From NCBI GenBank assembly GCA_964512095.1, contig CAZEIH010000001.1, forward strand, positions 126,091-190,090: 64,000 bases of DNA. Direction: 5' to 3'. This document shows, piece by piece, positions 63,809-64,000 of this stretch. The translations under genes and the position numbers were made by a program. Under the pieces are notes generated by a model. That model searched no databases and was not told the origin of the DNA. It saw only the letters and a program-made list of their open reading frames with translations. Source of the DNA: an uncultured Oscillospiraceae bacterium. Its GTDB lineage: Bacteria > Bacillota > Clostridia > Acetivibrionales > DTU013. The first letter of the stretch is position 1. Every line of letters starts with the position of its first letter.

Positions 63809-64000
63809 CTACATGGTGAGTACTCCATTAGGCGTGTCAACTATCATCAATATATCTTCCTCTTCTCCTGTTTGAGCATTAATATATACTAAAAAATCCT
63901 TATCATTGAGCTTTCCCTTAAACTCATAACATAGCAACTCTTTCTTGTAGTTTGTCGGTATATAAGCCATGCCTGTGCTTACTACCTTCATTTTGCCATT
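63809..64000 (-). CDS. ypeB: C-terminal part of germination protein YpeB (PepSY domain); 5' end lies beyond the right edge
   Basis: The frame is open to the window edge. The C-terminus …FLVYINAQTGEEEDILMIVDTPNGVLTM* resembles YpeB ends. Confidence 0.5.
   Translation of the reverse strand, partial: NGKMKVVSTGMAYIPTNYKKELLCYEFKGKLNDKDFLVYINAQTGEEEDILMIVDTPNGVLTM

Noticed and set aside
1-64000. CRISPR arrays, rRNA genes, additional tRNAs
   Set aside because: No regularly spaced direct repeats and no rRNA-like conserved stretches were noticed on reading. Only one cloverleaf-compatible sequence (tRNA-Arg at 60163-60239) was found. A tRNAscan/Infernal run would be needed to exclude others.

Overview
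AT-rich chromosome segment from a spore-forming Firmicute, Clostridia-like by gene content (many SLH-anchored surface proteins; murA-spoIID-M23-spoIIID synteny). It has three parts. (1) 1-13.7 kb, all on the minus strand: a tightly packed biosynthetic and transport locus. In transcription order it holds an Sfp-type PPTase, a histidine kinase with no response regulator, an ABC ATPase with all catalytic motifs degenerate, an ABC-2 permease, a HlyD-like adaptor, a MacB/FtsX-like permease, a sugar-type binding protein with two permeases, and the start of a FAAL-ACP-KS polyketide synthase that runs off the left edge. (2) 15.7-38.2 kb, the main finding: the mother-cell sporulation regulator gene spoIIID is split in two by a 22.1-kb integrated element. 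The 5' segment is at 38148-38025 and the 3' segment at 15886-15731, and the element is bounded by a 7-bp direct repeat TGTGCAC. The element is a head-to-tail composite of two related units. Each unit has a large serine recombinase at its left end and a nearly identical DUF4143-type AAA ATPase module at its right end, and an intact attP-like dyad site lies between the units. Cargo includes BlaI/BlaR1-like genes, decayed IS and methylase remnants, and a visibly GC-richer block (26.0-35.5 kb) encoding a polytopic LuxR regulator and four secreted, mostly SLH-anchored proteins. This looks like a skin-like sporulation intervening element in a target gene that I cannot confirm as previously described. 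(3) 38.5-64 kb, conserved core: M23 (SpoIIQ-like), spoIID, murA, two giant FN3/SLH surface proteins, aroK, a cluster of four DnaA boxes, a Cache-PAS-GGDEF-EAL protein, an AbrB-family regulator, two orphan response regulators, an aldo/keto reductase, tRNA-Arg(ACG), a DnaD-domain protein with a DnaI/DnaC-like loader, a CPBP protease and the 3' end of ypeB. No CRISPR array, rRNA or phage structural genes were seen.
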